From: Chitinophagia bacterium
Lineage (GTDB): Bacteria > Bacteroidota > Bacteroidia > Chitinophagales > Chitinophagaceae
DNA: 64,000 bases
Direction: 5' to 3'
NCBI GenBank assembly: GCA_021324175.1
Contig: JAJPJP010000247.1
Coordinates: forward strand, 8,149 to 72,148
Both the position numbers and the translations under genes were made by a program. Position 1 is the first letter of the stretch; the number at the start of each line of letters is the position of its first letter. This document shows positions 46,058 through 56,391 of this stretch, piece after piece. The notes under the pieces were generated by a model. The model was not told the DNA's origin. It worked only from the letters and a program-made list of their open reading frames with translations, and searched no databases.

Positions 46058-48484
46058 ATGCGCATGGAGAACTATCTAAGATTGAATCGAAAAATTAATT
46101 GCTGGATTTGGGTTGTCATACCCACCTGCCTGTTAATACAATCGGCTAAGGGGCAGGGTTCTCCCTTAAGAAATGTGAAGTCTGCATTTGATACTTACCA
46201 GCAACAGGTTTATCAAGAAATGATTTACGTGCATAGTGATAAATCTTTTTATGTCGCCGGCGACATTGTTTGGTTCAAGCTCTATAATGTTGAATCGGAA
46301 ACAATGGTCCCAAGTGGTTTAAGCAAGATTGCATACGTAGAAATTCTAAACAAGGATTTGAAGCCGGTCCTACAGGGAAAAATCGCCTTATCTCGTGGAA
46401 TTGGAAGCGGCTCATTCTACCTGCCATTTTCGCTTAATTCAGGCAATTACTTGTTGAGGGCCTACACCGCCTGGATGAAGAACTTTTCGCCTAGTCAATT
46501 TTTTGAAAAAGAGATTACCATTGTTAATACGACAAAAAAGATGGGATTGATGCCAAAATCAGACACCACTGACTATGACATCCAGTTTCTGCCCGAAGGA
46601 GGTAATCTTGTTGAGGACATTCAAAGTAAAGTGGCATGCAAAGTCGTCGATAGAAGCGGACACGGCGTCGATTTTAGCGGTTATATTTTAAGTCAAGCCA
46701 ATGATACCTTGGTGCGATATGCATCGCAAAAATTTGGAACATCCAGTTTTTATTTTACACCGGAGTCGAATTCGCGATACAAAGGAGTTATCAAAACATC
46801 TGATGGAAAAGTTTCGACTGCGAGCCTGCCGGCTGCATTTCCCGAGGGATACGTCATGCACCTGACGGACTCTATTCCAGGACACATTGGTATCGCAGTT
46901 ATGGCAAGTGGTAAATACGCTAACCTCCCCGTGAACTTAATCGTTCACACAAGGAAAAAAATAAACTTGGCAAAATCTGCCCAACTTGAGAATGGCAAAG
47001 CGCTCTTCGATGTTGACAAAAATATCCTTAGGGACGGTATATGCAGCATAACCATTTTTGATGAGGCAAGCCGGCCTGTCTGTGAGCGGCTATACTTTAA
47101 ACGTCCAATCCATAAATTGGCACCCTCCGTCAAAACCGATGAAAATGCATATTCGAAACGCAAGAAAGTGACCCTTGATTTAAGTTTGGGTTGGCCAGGG
47201 CATACTGCTCCGCCCAGCGTCTCAATTGCTGTTTATCGCACCGACTCTCTTCAGGAGGTTGATGAAACTAATATTGTATCCTATCTGTACCTCACTTCAG
47301 AATTGCAAGGCAATGTCGAATCGCCAGGCTATTATTTTCAAAATAATGACAGTGCGGAAATTCAGGACGCAACGGAAAATTTAATGTTGACTCAAGGTTG
47401 GCGAAGGTTCAAATGGGAAGAAGTTCTGCAAAAAACATCCAAGGCATTCGAATTTGCACCTGAGTTAGAAGGCCACATCATTACGGGCAAAGTTATTAAC
47501 AAAAGTACAGGTGAGCCTGTGCCTGACGTTACCACTTTTTTATCCGTTCCATCAAGGCATTTTCAAATAGCAAGTGCAGTTAGTGATGAATCGGGAAATT
47601 TAAAGTTTGACATCAAAAATTTTTTTGGAACTGAAGAGATAGCTGTGCAAACAGCTAATGCTACGGATACTGGCTACCGGATCGAATTGGCAAATCCATT
47701 TTCCGAATTGCCCCCAATCGCCGCTTTACCCCCGTTCGACTATCCTATTCTGCAGTCTCATGCCCTTCTTACGCGCAGCATTGCTACCCAGGTTAGAAAT
47801 GTGTTCAATGCTGACAGCCTGCGTGCTTTTTACGCAAATAGTTCGTTTGATACAACGGCATTTTTCGGAGTTCCGGATCAGAAATATTTCCTTGATGATT
47901 ATACGCGATTCAATACTATGGAAGAAGTCATGCGGGAATATATAGGAAATATTCTTGTTCGAAGAAGTGAAGGGCATTTCCGGTACCGCGTTCTTAACTA
48001 TCCGTATAAATTATTTTTTGAAGATGATGCGCTGGTCCTAATGGATGGCGTGCCTGTATCCAATATTGACAAAATAATTGCGTTCGATCCCCTAAAAGTG
48101 CAAAAAATAGAGCTTATGAACCGGAAGTGTTTTCTGGGGCCCTATGTAGCCGACGGAATAATTAGTTATCGCACCTATACTGGCGATTTGGCGGGGTTTC
48201 AGCTTGACCCGAACGTCTTAATTTTAAAATATGACGGCTTGCAGCTTCAAAGAGAATTCTATTCGCCGAAATATGAAACGGAAGAGCAAGTTAATAGCCG
48301 CGAACCAGATTTCAGAAACCTGCTTTATTGGTCGCCTGTGGTCAGCTTCAGCACGACGGGAAACGCACGGCTTTCATTTTATACTTCTGATGTGGGCGGT
48401 AAATATGCCGTTGTCGTGCAGGGCTTGACGTCAGATGGTCAGCCCTTTGCGGGAACAGAGACATTTAATGTAGGTAATCCATAA
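46058..48484 (+). CDS. Large secreted protein with MG2 (macroglobulin-like) N-terminus and plug-like C-terminal region
   Basis: IYVHSDKSFYVAGDIVWFK, LRAYTAWMKNF, FLPEGG, LMLTQGWRRF, DFRNLLYWSP. Confidence 0.75.
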   Translation: MRMENYLRLNRKINCWIWVVIPTCLLIQSAKGQGSPLRNVKSAFDTYQQQVYQEMIYVHSDKSFYVAGDIVWFKLYNVESETMVPSGLSKIAYVEILNKDLKPVLQGKIALSRGIGSGSFYLPFSLNSGNYLLRAYTAWMKNFSPSQFFEKEITIVNTTKKMGLMPKSDTTDYDIQFLPEGGNLVEDIQSKVACKVVDRSGHGVDFSGYILSQANDTLVRYASQKFGTSSFYFTPESNSRYKGVIKTSDGKVSTASLPAAFPEGYVMHLTDSIPGHIGIAVMASGKYANLPVNLIVHTRKKINLAKSAQLENGKALFDVDKNILRDGICSITIFDEASRPVCERLYFKRPIHKLAPSVKTDENAYSKRKKVTLDLSLGWPGHTAPPSVSIAVYRTDSLQEVDETNIVSYLYLTSELQGNVESPGYYFQNNDSAEIQDATENLMLTQGWRRFKWEEVLQKTSKAFEFAPELEGHIITGKVINKSTGEPVPDVTTFLSVPSRHFQIASAVSDESGNLKFDIKNFFGTEEIAVQTANATDTGYRIELANPFSELPPIAALPPFDYPILQSHALLTRSIATQVRNVFNADSLRAFYANSSFDTTAFFGVPDQKYFLDDYTRFNTMEEVMREYIGNILVRRSEGHFRYRVLNYPYKLFFEDDALVLMDGVPVSNIDKIIAFDPLKVQKIELMNRKCFLGPYVADGIISYRTYTGDLAGFQLDPNVLILKYDGLQLQREFYSPKYETEEQVNSREPDFRNLLYWSPVVSFSTTGNARLSFYTSDVGGKYAVVVQGLTSDGQPFAGTETFNVGNP

Positions 48485-49508
48485 AGGGTTGGCTGCCCTC
48501 TGCGAACTCGATTCCCAGACCCGGCCGCTCCGATATTTTGACGGTGCCCCGATCAAACGAAAGACCGGTTGCGATGTCAGATGCCAATAGCAGCGGGCCA
48601 TCCATGTCAACATAGTCTAATTGTGGTAAAAATTGGGCTATGGCAGCACTTCCGACAGATGATTCGTTCATACTTCCCATCATGACCTGAAGACCCAGAT
48701 TCCGCGCGCTGATAATCATATCGAGTGCCGGAGTAATGCCACCACATTTGGTAAGCTTTATATTTATGCCATGAAAGGATTCTGCACATTTTTCTAGATC
48801 CTTTGGTCCTACGCACGACTCATCAGCAATAAGTGGTATACCAGATTGCTCTTTCAATATTTGCATATTTGTCCAATCATCTTTGCCCAACGGTTGCTCA
48901 ATTAATTCTATTCTTAATTTTTGCAATTGGTTTAGCATGAAGAGCGCCTTCTTCAGATCCCACCCTGCATTAGCGTCCACCCGAATGACCGCATCAGTAG
49001 CAGCTCTGAGCGATTGTAAGATATCGATGTCGTGGTTTGTGCCAAGTTTGATTTTATAAATCGGCCATTCCAATTCTTTTATTTTATGCTTCATTCGTTC
49101 GGGTGTGTCTATACCGATTGTATAGTCAGTCAGAACATTATGGCCAAACTGAGTCTTCCATAATCGATAAAGGGGTTCATTTCGCAGTTTGCCATAGAGG
49201 TCCCAACTGGCCATATCGAGTGCGCATGCTAAAAAAGAATTCGCGGGAATGAGGTGGTGAAGGAAGTGCCAGAATCGCTTGGGCTCCGTGTAGGCAAACC
49301 TCTCTATCTTGGACCTCACCACGACCAGGTCATGAAGCATTTTTTCAACAGGGATGCCATAATATGCGATTGCCGGGGCCTCACCATATCCCTTTAGGCC
49401 GAATTGTTCGATTTCCACTATTAAGCTGGGCTGGTGAGTCTTTGTCCCCTTCGAGATTGTAAAGGGATGTTTAAAAGGAAGGTTGTATGTCCAGCACCTT
49501 ATTTTCAT
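48465..49508 (-). CDS. Dipeptide epimerase (L-Ala-D/L-Glu epimerase, enolase superfamily)
   Basis: KIKLG, RVDAN, IEQP, ADES, NIKLTKCGG, DMDG. Confidence 0.9.
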   Translation of the reverse strand: MKIRCWTYNLPFKHPFTISKGTKTHQPSLIVEIEQFGLKGYGEAPAIAYYGIPVEKMLHDLVVVRSKIERFAYTEPKRFWHFLHHLIPANSFLACALDMASWDLYGKLRNEPLYRLWKTQFGHNVLTDYTIGIDTPERMKHKIKELEWPIYKIKLGTNHDIDILQSLRAATDAVIRVDANAGWDLKKALFMLNQLQKLRIELIEQPLGKDDWTNMQILKEQSGIPLIADESCVGPKDLEKCAESFHGINIKLTKCGGITPALDMIISARNLGLQVMMGSMNESSVGSAAIAQFLPQLDYVDMDGPLLLASDIATGLSFDRGTVKISERPGLGIEFAEGSQPFMDYLH

Positions 49509-49511
49509 ATT

Positions 49512-52235
49512 CTACCGCCCGGCTGAATGAATATGCACTTTAAGTTCTTCATTGAACTCCTTCTCATTGATGAGATCTTCAAGATGCATATGGAGGCGGT
49601 ATTTCCAGAAGTTTTTCGGATTGGCAGGCACGTTGATTCGTTCATCACATGGATTTTCTCTTCGGGTATCCTCGCTCATTCCGAGCAAATCTTGCATTTG
49701 AAAAATGCTCCACATGGCCGATGAATACAAGTGTTGAATGACAATAGCTTTGTTGATCCAGGGTTCACACAGGCAAGGCGCATCTCCCCATTGTCCAAGC
49801 TCGGTATTGAAAAATCGTTGGGTCTTACCACGGTCTTCTTCCCACCATCCCCTGATTGTACTCATATCATGAGTTGAGGGCGTTACAACCGACAAGTAGG
49901 GCGCGTCTGCAGGATGAAAGAATTCTTTCTTTGGGTCCTTGGGCATTCGCTGAATCTCGAGACTTAAAATGCCAGTTTGTTTCATCACATCCGGTACGCA
50001 ATCGGGTATCATGCCAAGGTCCTCTCCGCATACCAGCATATTTGTCGCTGCTTTCAGAACAGGCAATTTTTTCATAGCCTCTTCCGCCCAGAAATGGTCC
50101 TGGCGGCGATAAAAATAATCGTTGTAGAGGTCTTTCAGGAGTTGTTGAACGTGCCAGTCGAGATACCTGAATGATGAAGTTGTTTCCATCGAAATCCGGA
50201 AATGAAATAATTGACCATTTGACCCCGCAACCTCAAGAACAATGACATTGGAGATAAGTTCGAAAAGGCCCTGTTGGACTTTTCTGTTAAGTTCAGATTT
50301 CTCGTTTATCAGAAAATGCGCTTCAACTTTTCGCTGCGTGTTAAAATCGTCTTTTAATTCAAAGAAACCGCCTCCCAGATTGTTCAGGAAATTTTGTTTT
50401 ACTAGTTCGGAACTAGTCTCAAAAAGTTCCCATAACACGGCCTCATTTATGAATGGATTTATATACCGATGATAGTTAAAAGGTATATTCCGCTGGCTAA
50501 ATTCTGTGAGACTTATTGGAATGGCCGGCACAAAATATCCCATAACTCCCTCAACTGCGTGCATTGGAATGCTCCAAATGCGAAAAAAACCGAGAATATG
50601 GTCAATTCTAAAGGCATCAAAATATTTAGCCATCTGCTCCAACCTTTTTTTCCACCAGTTGAAGCCATCCTTAGCCATCTCTTCCCAGTTGTAGGTCGGG
50701 AATCCCCAATTCTGGCCTTTTACAGCGAATCCATCCGGGGGAGCGCCCGCCTGAAAATCCATATGGTATAACTCAGGTTCGATCCATGCATCGCAACTGA
50801 ATCTGTAAATGCCTATGGGGATGTCGCCCTTTACTATTAAGCCATGCTTGTGTGCATAATCCGTCGCTTCGCGAAGTTGCGCATGCAGGTGATATTGGGT
50901 ATAATAGTGTATGGCTACAGAGTCGTAATGACGGGCTTTCGCGGAAACGAATTTCTCAATTGCCTCCTTTTTGTACTTGCTGTATTGCTTCCATTGCGTA
51001 AAGTCGCTCGTGCCGTACTTGTCGCGAAGGCAACAAAAGGCGGCGTAAGGTATTAGCCAATGTTGATTCTTCTCAAAAAAATCCAAAAAATCCTGATCCT
51101 GAAGAAAGGTTTCTTTAATTGTAGTGAACAATTCCTTGATGACGGACAACTTGAGATTGCTCACTCGTGCGTAGTCGACGTCCGGTAATTCATTTAGCGA
51201 TCTGTATTTTTTATGAAGAGCTTTAATTAATGCAGCATTCGGTTTTCCCGCCATTTTCTCCAGGTTGATGTACACAGGATGTAATGCGAACGCCGATACC
51301 GCTGCATATGGGTATGAGTCTGCCCATGTGTGCGTTGCGATCGTGTCATTGACCGGCAATAATTGAATTAGTTTTAGGCCGCATTTGCTAGCCCAGTTGA
51401 CTAGCGGTTTTAAATCGAGAAATTCTCCCACGCCGAAGGAATTCTGACTTCTTAGACTAAAAACCGGGATAGCTACGCCCGCTCCATACCAAGTATTATT
51501 TGGGAGTTGAACAAAACCATCATGGACTATAGCAATCTTGTGTTCCCGGGCATCACCATGTAGCGACCTGTTATTGCCATTTTCAAAATGAATGAACTCT
51601 TTTTCCTTCGTGTTGAAGACTGCGTATTTGTAGTAAATGGGAAATGATTCACGGGGGAGATTCACCTTGCACGTCCACCAATTGTCTTGAAGGGACATAA
51701 ACGTAGCGGCATCAGGCTTCCACTCTCCCAGAGCCCCGCAACTACCCGAAAGGCATAGAACGTCGCTTTTCCGAAGTAATGGCGCTTTAACCTTGAATAT
51801 ATGTGTGAATTTTTTTACGAACTGCTGTTTTGTGGCTTTCTTAGAATGTTTCAGCAGTATTTGTTGATAAGGCGCAGTAAAAAATACATTTTCGTATTCG
51901 CCCGCATGATTCCAGGTGTCTACAGTTTGAATCTCTTCAATTCCCGATTTGGAAACATCGATGGACCGGTCATTACCCCATTCTATAACCTGTAATCCAT
52001 CTACATTCTTCAAAAAGTAGTGATACCTTATTTTGGGATGCAATCCAGCGTCAAATTCCACGCAACCTGTCCAAAATTCGCCATTGAGGTATTCGAGAGG
52101 ATGTGCTCTGCTGCTGTCGTCATTTCCCAATTCTTCAATATTTCCAGTAACAAACAGATTTTGACCCATTTGTGTATGAAACCGCAAGTAAAATTGAATT
52201 TTCATCTCACCAGAAAGATTAATTTCAAACGGCAT
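49512..52235 (-). CDS. malQ: 4-alpha-glucanotransferase (GH77, DPE2-like, two N-terminal CBM20); start may be ATG 52205
   Basis: GVAIPVFSLRS, KGDIPIG, GAPPD, RIDHILGFFRIW, GEDLG, STHD. Confidence 0.92.
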   Translation of the reverse strand: MPFEINLSGEMKIQFYLRFHTQMGQNLFVTGNIEELGNDDSSRAHPLEYLNGEFWTGCVEFDAGLHPKIRYHYFLKNVDGLQVIEWGNDRSIDVSKSGIEEIQTVDTWNHAGEYENVFFTAPYQQILLKHSKKATKQQFVKKFTHIFKVKAPLLRKSDVLCLSGSCGALGEWKPDAATFMSLQDNWWTCKVNLPRESFPIYYKYAVFNTKEKEFIHFENGNNRSLHGDAREHKIAIVHDGFVQLPNNTWYGAGVAIPVFSLRSQNSFGVGEFLDLKPLVNWASKCGLKLIQLLPVNDTIATHTWADSYPYAAVSAFALHPVYINLEKMAGKPNAALIKALHKKYRSLNELPDVDYARVSNLKLSVIKELFTTIKETFLQDQDFLDFFEKNQHWLIPYAAFCCLRDKYGTSDFTQWKQYSKYKKEAIEKFVSAKARHYDSVAIHYYTQYHLHAQLREATDYAHKHGLIVKGDIPIGIYRFSCDAWIEPELYHMDFQAGAPPDGFAVKGQNWGFPTYNWEEMAKDGFNWWKKRLEQMAKYFDAFRIDHILGFFRIWSIPMHAVEGVMGYFVPAIPISLTEFSQRNIPFNYHRYINPFINEAVLWELFETSSELVKQNFLNNLGGGFFELKDDFNTQRKVEAHFLINEKSELNRKVQQGLFELISNVIVLEVAGSNGQLFHFRISMETTSSFRYLDWHVQQLLKDLYNDYFYRRQDHFWAEEAMKKLPVLKAATNMLVCGEDLGMIPDCVPDVMKQTGILSLEIQRMPKDPKKEFFHPADAPYLSVVTPSTHDMSTIRGWWEEDRGKTQRFFNTELGQWGDAPCLCEPWINKAIVIQHLYSSAMWSIFQMQDLLGMSEDTRRENPCDERINVPANPKNFWKYRLHMHLEDLINEKEFNEELKVHIHSAGR

Positions 52236-52598
52236 GTCGCCGTTTCTTCAGGTTAGTCGACTTTCGGGCGAATTTAGTAAAACCTTCTTCATAGTGCTAA
52301 AAATATTTTTATCCTTATGGCTCTAACAGCCAGCGATATTCGTAAGATTTTTCAAAAATTACGTTTCCGATCTTTCCCAGACAAAAACGAATAATATCGC
52401 TATATGATTACCGGAGTTATGAATTGATAAAATTAGGTTTGTTGGAGAGGTGAGGCGTGGGCGGTCGGAAAAAAATTGCCGGCCTGTAGCAATATGCCAA
52501 TGAAACAAGGGAAATTTCCAGCTTCAGAAAGCGCTTAATTTGCATTGGCTCTTTTGCGGAATCGCTCAATTCTACTAAATTCGCCCAAAATCTGAAAG

Positions 52599-52754
52599 AT
52601 GGAAGAAACAAGAAAATCAACCGGCATTTACTGGATCCTGTTTATTTTGTCCGTTATTGCATTTTTCGGGCTCTACACAATTATCGGTGGCGTTTGCATC
52701 ATCACTCTTCCCTTTGTTTGCACTTTTTTTGCCAAGGCATTAGACATTATTTAA
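52599..52754 (+). CDS. 51-aa membrane protein absent from the ORF track
   Basis: MEETRKSTGIYWILFILSVIAFFGLYTIIGGVCIITLPFVCTFFAKALDII; A-rich start context; followed by a terminator hairpin. Confidence 0.65.
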   Translation: MEETRKSTGIYWILFILSVIAFFGLYTIIGGVCIITLPFVCTFFAKALDII

Positions 52755-52761
52755 TTTATCG

Positions 52762-52800
52762 AAAAAAAAATGCTACCGGTTAGCGGTAGCACTTTGGTTT
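52762..52800. terminator. Terminator between two convergent small genes (probably bidirectional)
   Basis: 8-bp stem tgctaccg/cggtagca with A9 on the left and a T-rich right side. Confidence 0.75.
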
Positions 52801-52814
52801 AGAACAATATTGTT

Positions 52815-53021
52815 TTAGAGCAGGTTTCTTTTGATAAGCTTCCTTGCAGATCTCATGTTGCGTTGAATATTCCAAAGGTCAACTATTCCAAAAGCACGGT
52901 TCTTATTTTTTGACAGGTTGATTTCCGTTGCGATTGTTTCCTTAACATCTGCGGTTGATAATAATTGTTCTAATTCTTCCTGTTCCATCTTTACAATGGA
53001 GGGCATGACATTGCTGTTCAT
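52815..53021 (-). CDS. 68-aa hypothetical protein downstream of a structured leader
   Basis: ATG in A-rich context, own -7 promoter (53153-53160) and terminator; acidic N-terminal half, basic C-terminal half. Confidence 0.65.
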   Translation of the reverse strand: MNSNVMPSIVKMEQEELEQLLSTADVKETIATEINLSKNKNRAFGIVDLWNIQRNMRSARKLIKRNLL

Positions 53022-53054
53022 AATCTATCTGTTTTTAATAATTACGATTGTTTG

Positions 53055-53144
53055 TTTTGAGCTGTTGGGCAGAACACCTAAAGAATCGTTAGAAAGAAGT
53101 GCTTAATTTAATCGCCGATTGCAAGTACTTACAAATGCTCAAAA
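53055..53144 (-). ncRNA. Candidate cis-regulatory RNA (riboswitch-like, possibly SAM-related)
   Basis: 8-bp closing stem ttttgagc/gctcaaaa, inner 8-bp helix with one non-WC pair and nested hairpins; begins 8 nt after the -7 promoter. Confidence 0.5.
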
Positions 53145-53152
53145 TTGAGACG

Positions 53153-53160
53153 CAAAAATA
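53153..53160 (-). promoter_or_regulatory. -7 promoter element (TATTTTTG)
   Basis: Matches TAnnTTTG with TTTG at 53180-53183 on the minus strand. Confidence 0.65.
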
Positions 53161-53253
53161 GCAAATATTTCCTGAATTGCAAACTATTCCTGTCAAATAT
53201 TAAAGGAAAAATGATTCCAAACGCGTATGTATGAGGCCGTTAGAATTTCAATG

Positions 53254-53276
53254 AAAAAAGCCCCTGTGGGGGCTTT
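53254..53276 (-). terminator. Intrinsic terminator after dnaK
   Basis: Stem aaagcccc/ggggcttt plus T-run on the minus strand. Confidence 0.75.
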
Positions 53277-53316
53277 ACGATTTTCGCATTTTTCACATTT
53301 CGAAAGGCCGGGAATG

Positions 53317-55224
53317 CTATTTCACTTCCTCGAATTCTGCATCGGTGACATTTTCTGAACCTGCATTTTGACCTTGTTGGGCGTTGCTGTTTGCACCGGC
53401 TCCAGCCTGCGCTCCAGCATTTTGAGTTGCCTTATACATTTCTTCGCTAGCGGCTGTCCATGCGGCATTTAATTCCGCGATGGCAGCGTCAATGCCAGCG
53501 ACATCCTGACTCTTTTGCGCATCCTTCAGCTTGCCAAGTGCTTTCTCAATTGGCGCCTTTTTATCTGGCGATACCTTATCCCCAAACTCCTTCAACTGCT
53601 TTTCAGTTTGAAAAACCATACTATCGGCCTGATTAACTTTATCTACTTTTTCGCGGGCTGCTTTGTCCGATGATTCGTTTGCCTTCGCTTCAGCCTTCAT
53701 TTTTTCAACCTCTTCTTTGCTTAACCCACTTCCGGCTTCAATCCGGATTTTCTGTTCCTTACCAGTGCCCTTATCCTTCGCCGTTACATGCAAAATTCCA
53801 TTGGCGTCGATGTCAAACGTAACCTCAATTTGAGGTACTCCGCGAGGTGCAGGAGGTATTCCATCAAGGTTAAACATACCAAGGCTCTTATTTTGATTAG
53901 CCATAGGTCTTTCTCCTTGCAATACATGAATCTGTACTCCTGGTTGACTATCACTGGCGGTTGAGAAAACTTCCGATTTTTTTGTCGGTATCGTGGTATT
54001 GCTGTCGATCAGCCTGGTCATCACTCCTCCCATGGTTTCGATACCCAATGACAGCGGAGTAACATCAAGCAGCAGTACGTCCTTGACCTCACCCGTTAAT
54101 ACGGCACCCTGAATTGCAGCTCCAATAGCGACTACCTCATCAGGGTTGACACCTTTATTCGGCTTTTTACCAAAAAATTTTTCAACGATTTCCTGGACCT
54201 TTGGGATACGAGTGCTTCCGCCCACCAAAATAACTTCATCAATCTCTGATGCGTTCAGGCCAGCGTCTTTCAAGGCCTGTTCACAGGGTTTCAGACATCT
54301 TTCAAACAACGCATCAGATAACTGCTCGAACTTAGCTCTAGTCAGTTTTTTTACCAGGTGCTTGGGCACTCCGTCAATAGCAGTGATATATGGCAGGTTA
54401 ATCTCTGTTTCGCTTGAAGATGACAATTCAATTTTTGCCTTTTCAGCTGCTTCCTTCAATCTTTGTAAAGCCATCGGATCTTTACGCAGATCGATGTTCT
54501 CATCCTTTTTGAATTCTTCGGCGAGCCAATCCATGATCAATTTATCAAAGTCGTCACCCCCGAGGTGAGTGTCTCCATTAGTTGATTTGACTTCAAAAAC
54601 TCCATCCCCCAATTCAAGAACCGAAATATCAAATGTACCTCCACCCAGGTCAAAAACTGCAATCTTTTCGTCTTTGTGCTTTTTATCCAAACCATAGGCC
54701 AACGCCGCGGCTGTAGGTTCATTAACAATTCTTCTTACATTAAGTCCGGCAATTTCACCGGCTTCTTTTGTTGCCTGCCTTTGTGCGTCATTAAAATAAG
54801 CCGGGACCGTAATGACTGCTTCGGAAACTTCCTGCCCCAGGTAGTCTTCTGCTGTTTTCTTCATTTTTTGAAGAATCATCGCCGAAATTTCCTGCGGCGT
54901 ATATTGCCTGCCTTCAATGTCAATTCGACAAGTATTATTGTCACCCCGCACCACATTGTAGCTCCAATGACTGATCTCGTTAGTAACTTCGTCATATCTC
55001 CTACCCATAAACCGCTTGACCGACATAATCGTGTTTCTTGGATTGGTAATCGCCTGCCGTTTTGCAGGGTCGCCAACCTTTCGTTCCCCATTCTTTAGGA
55101 ACGCCACTACTGACGGCGTAGTCCTTCGACCCTCATCATTGGCGATAACTACGGGCTCGTTGCCTTCCATCACTGAAACACAGCTATTTGTGGTTCCAAG
55201 GTCTATTCCGATAATCTTACTCAT
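53317..55224 (-). CDS. dnaK: Molecular chaperone DnaK
   Basis: [33 protein letters not shown]-terminal DAEFEEVK. Confidence 0.98.
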   Translation of the reverse strand: MSKIIGIDLGTTNSCVSVMEGNEPVVIANDEGRRTTPSVVAFLKNGERKVGDPAKRQAITNPRNTIMSVKRFMGRRYDEVTNEISHWSYNVVRGDNNTCRIDIEGRQYTPQEISAMILQKMKKTAEDYLGQEVSEAVITVPAYFNDAQRQATKEAGEIAGLNVRRIVNEPTAAALAYGLDKKHKDEKIAVFDLGGGTFDISVLELGDGVFEVKSTNGDTHLGGDDFDKLIMDWLAEEFKKDENIDLRKDPMALQRLKEAAEKAKIELSSSSETEINLPYITAIDGVPKHLVKKLTRAKFEQLSDALFERCLKPCEQALKDAGLNASEIDEVILVGGSTRIPKVQEIVEKFFGKKPNKGVNPDEVVAIGAAIQGAVLTGEVKDVLLLDVTPLSLGIETMGGVMTRLIDSNTTIPTKKSEVFSTASDSQPGVQIHVLQGERPMANQNKSLGMFNLDGIPPAPRGVPQIEVTFDIDANGILHVTAKDKGTGKEQKIRIEAGSGLSKEEVEKMKAEAKANESSDKAAREKVDKVNQADSMVFQTEKQLKEFGDKVSPDKKAPIEKALGKLKDAQKSQDVAGIDAAIAELNAAWTAASEEMYKATQNAGAQAGAGANSNAQQGQNAGSENVTDAEFEEVK

Positions 55225-55269
55225 ATTATAGTCTCCTTTTTGGTTAGTATAATGTCGTATCCTTAATTG

Positions 55270-55284
55270 TCAATCATTATGCCA
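55270..55284 (-). promoter_or_regulatory. sigma54-like -24/-12 promoter of dnaK (TGGCATAATGATTGA)
   Basis: GG-N10-GA spacing; 45 nt before the ATG. Confidence 0.6.
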
Positions 55285-55399
55285 TCGGAATTAATGTGCA
55301 AAAATGGCAGAGATGGGCTTATTTCTGCAGTATCCAATGCCAATAACCGCCTTTTCACCAACGTCTTTTTGTCCAGTCTCCAAATTCCTGCCAGAAAAT

Positions 55400-56239
55400 T
55401 CATTGGAAAGTTGCAAAGCCTTCGATGAGGCGATAAGGAGTTTTAAAAAAGGAAAAAACAAGCGCGTTAAACTGGTCTTTTTTAAAGATTGGAGTAGAAT
55501 GACCCGAATTGGGTATGATCCACAAATTTGATTTGGCAATATTTTCCGCAATCAAAACTGTATGACGCACAGGGATGACGTCGTGGTCGCCGCCGATTAC
55601 GAGGGTCGGGCATTTTATCAAATGAAGTTGTTCCAGGCTAATGTGAGGTTGGTACAAATCAAGATCGGAAATCTTTAGTTCATTTCTGACTTTTTGCGTT
55701 TGTTCCTGTTTTATCAATCGGTCATTTCCGGACACAATTAAATGATAAACAAAAGGTGTTAGGCCCGTTGTATCGGGCCAGAGATTTGCGCCCGTGATCG
55801 CAAGTTTTTTCACTTTATTGGGATGACGGATAGCCAGCAGCAAGCCATTTATCCCTCCATCGCTCCAGCCTATGACGAATGCGCTATCAAGGTGCAATGA
55901 ATCCAAAAGAGCATTGAAATCATCTGCCATCATTTCAAACGTTAATGAATCGCCTTCATCAGTTGATTTGCCGTGAGCACGACTATCTATAGCTATAACG
56001 TGGTAGTAGCGGGCAAAAAAAGGAATATTGTTAGAAAAATTTCCTAAGGAGCCCCCATTGCCATGAATAAAAAGCAACGGCTCGCCCTGACCGTAGGTCT
56101 CATAATATAATTTGATTCCCCCGCTCGTGAGGTAATGACCGGCAGAGAGGTTGTCGCCGTACTTGATTTCAGCCAATTGACCCCGAGACTGCAAATTGAG
56201 CCCTGCTGCCAAGATGCAAAACAATATAACAATTTTCAT
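55400..56239 (-). CDS. Secreted alpha/beta hydrolase
   Basis: HGNGG, DSRAHGKS, nucleophile elbow GWSDG, GDHD, SGH; ATG 56239. Confidence 0.9.
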   Translation of the reverse strand: MKIVILFCILAAGLNLQSRGQLAEIKYGDNLSAGHYLTSGGIKLYYETYGQGEPLLFIHGNGGSLGNFSNNIPFFARYYHVIAIDSRAHGKSTDEGDSLTFEMMADDFNALLDSLHLDSAFVIGWSDGGINGLLLAIRHPNKVKKLAITGANLWPDTTGLTPFVYHLIVSGNDRLIKQEQTQKVRNELKISDLDLYQPHISLEQLHLIKCPTLVIGGDHDVIPVRHTVLIAENIAKSNLWIIPNSGHSTPIFKKDQFNALVFSFFKTPYRLIEGFATFQ

Positions 56240-56391
56240 GGCTGTAAAAGTTGTGATTTGATATAGGCTGACAATTTTTTTTGGCGGCAATATTAAGACG
56301 TAACTTTAAGATAAGACAAAAGAACCGGATTTAGATGACCGTTTTACAATTATTTATGGCATAGGATTTAATATTGAATGCTAAATAAGTT

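Noticed and set aside
28746-46158. GGGNAGGG (KOPS) polarity as support for the dif call
   Set aside because: Copies at 28746, 30265 and 38221 (reverse) point toward the site, but those at 36723 and 46151 point away. The E. coli motif may not apply to this phylum.
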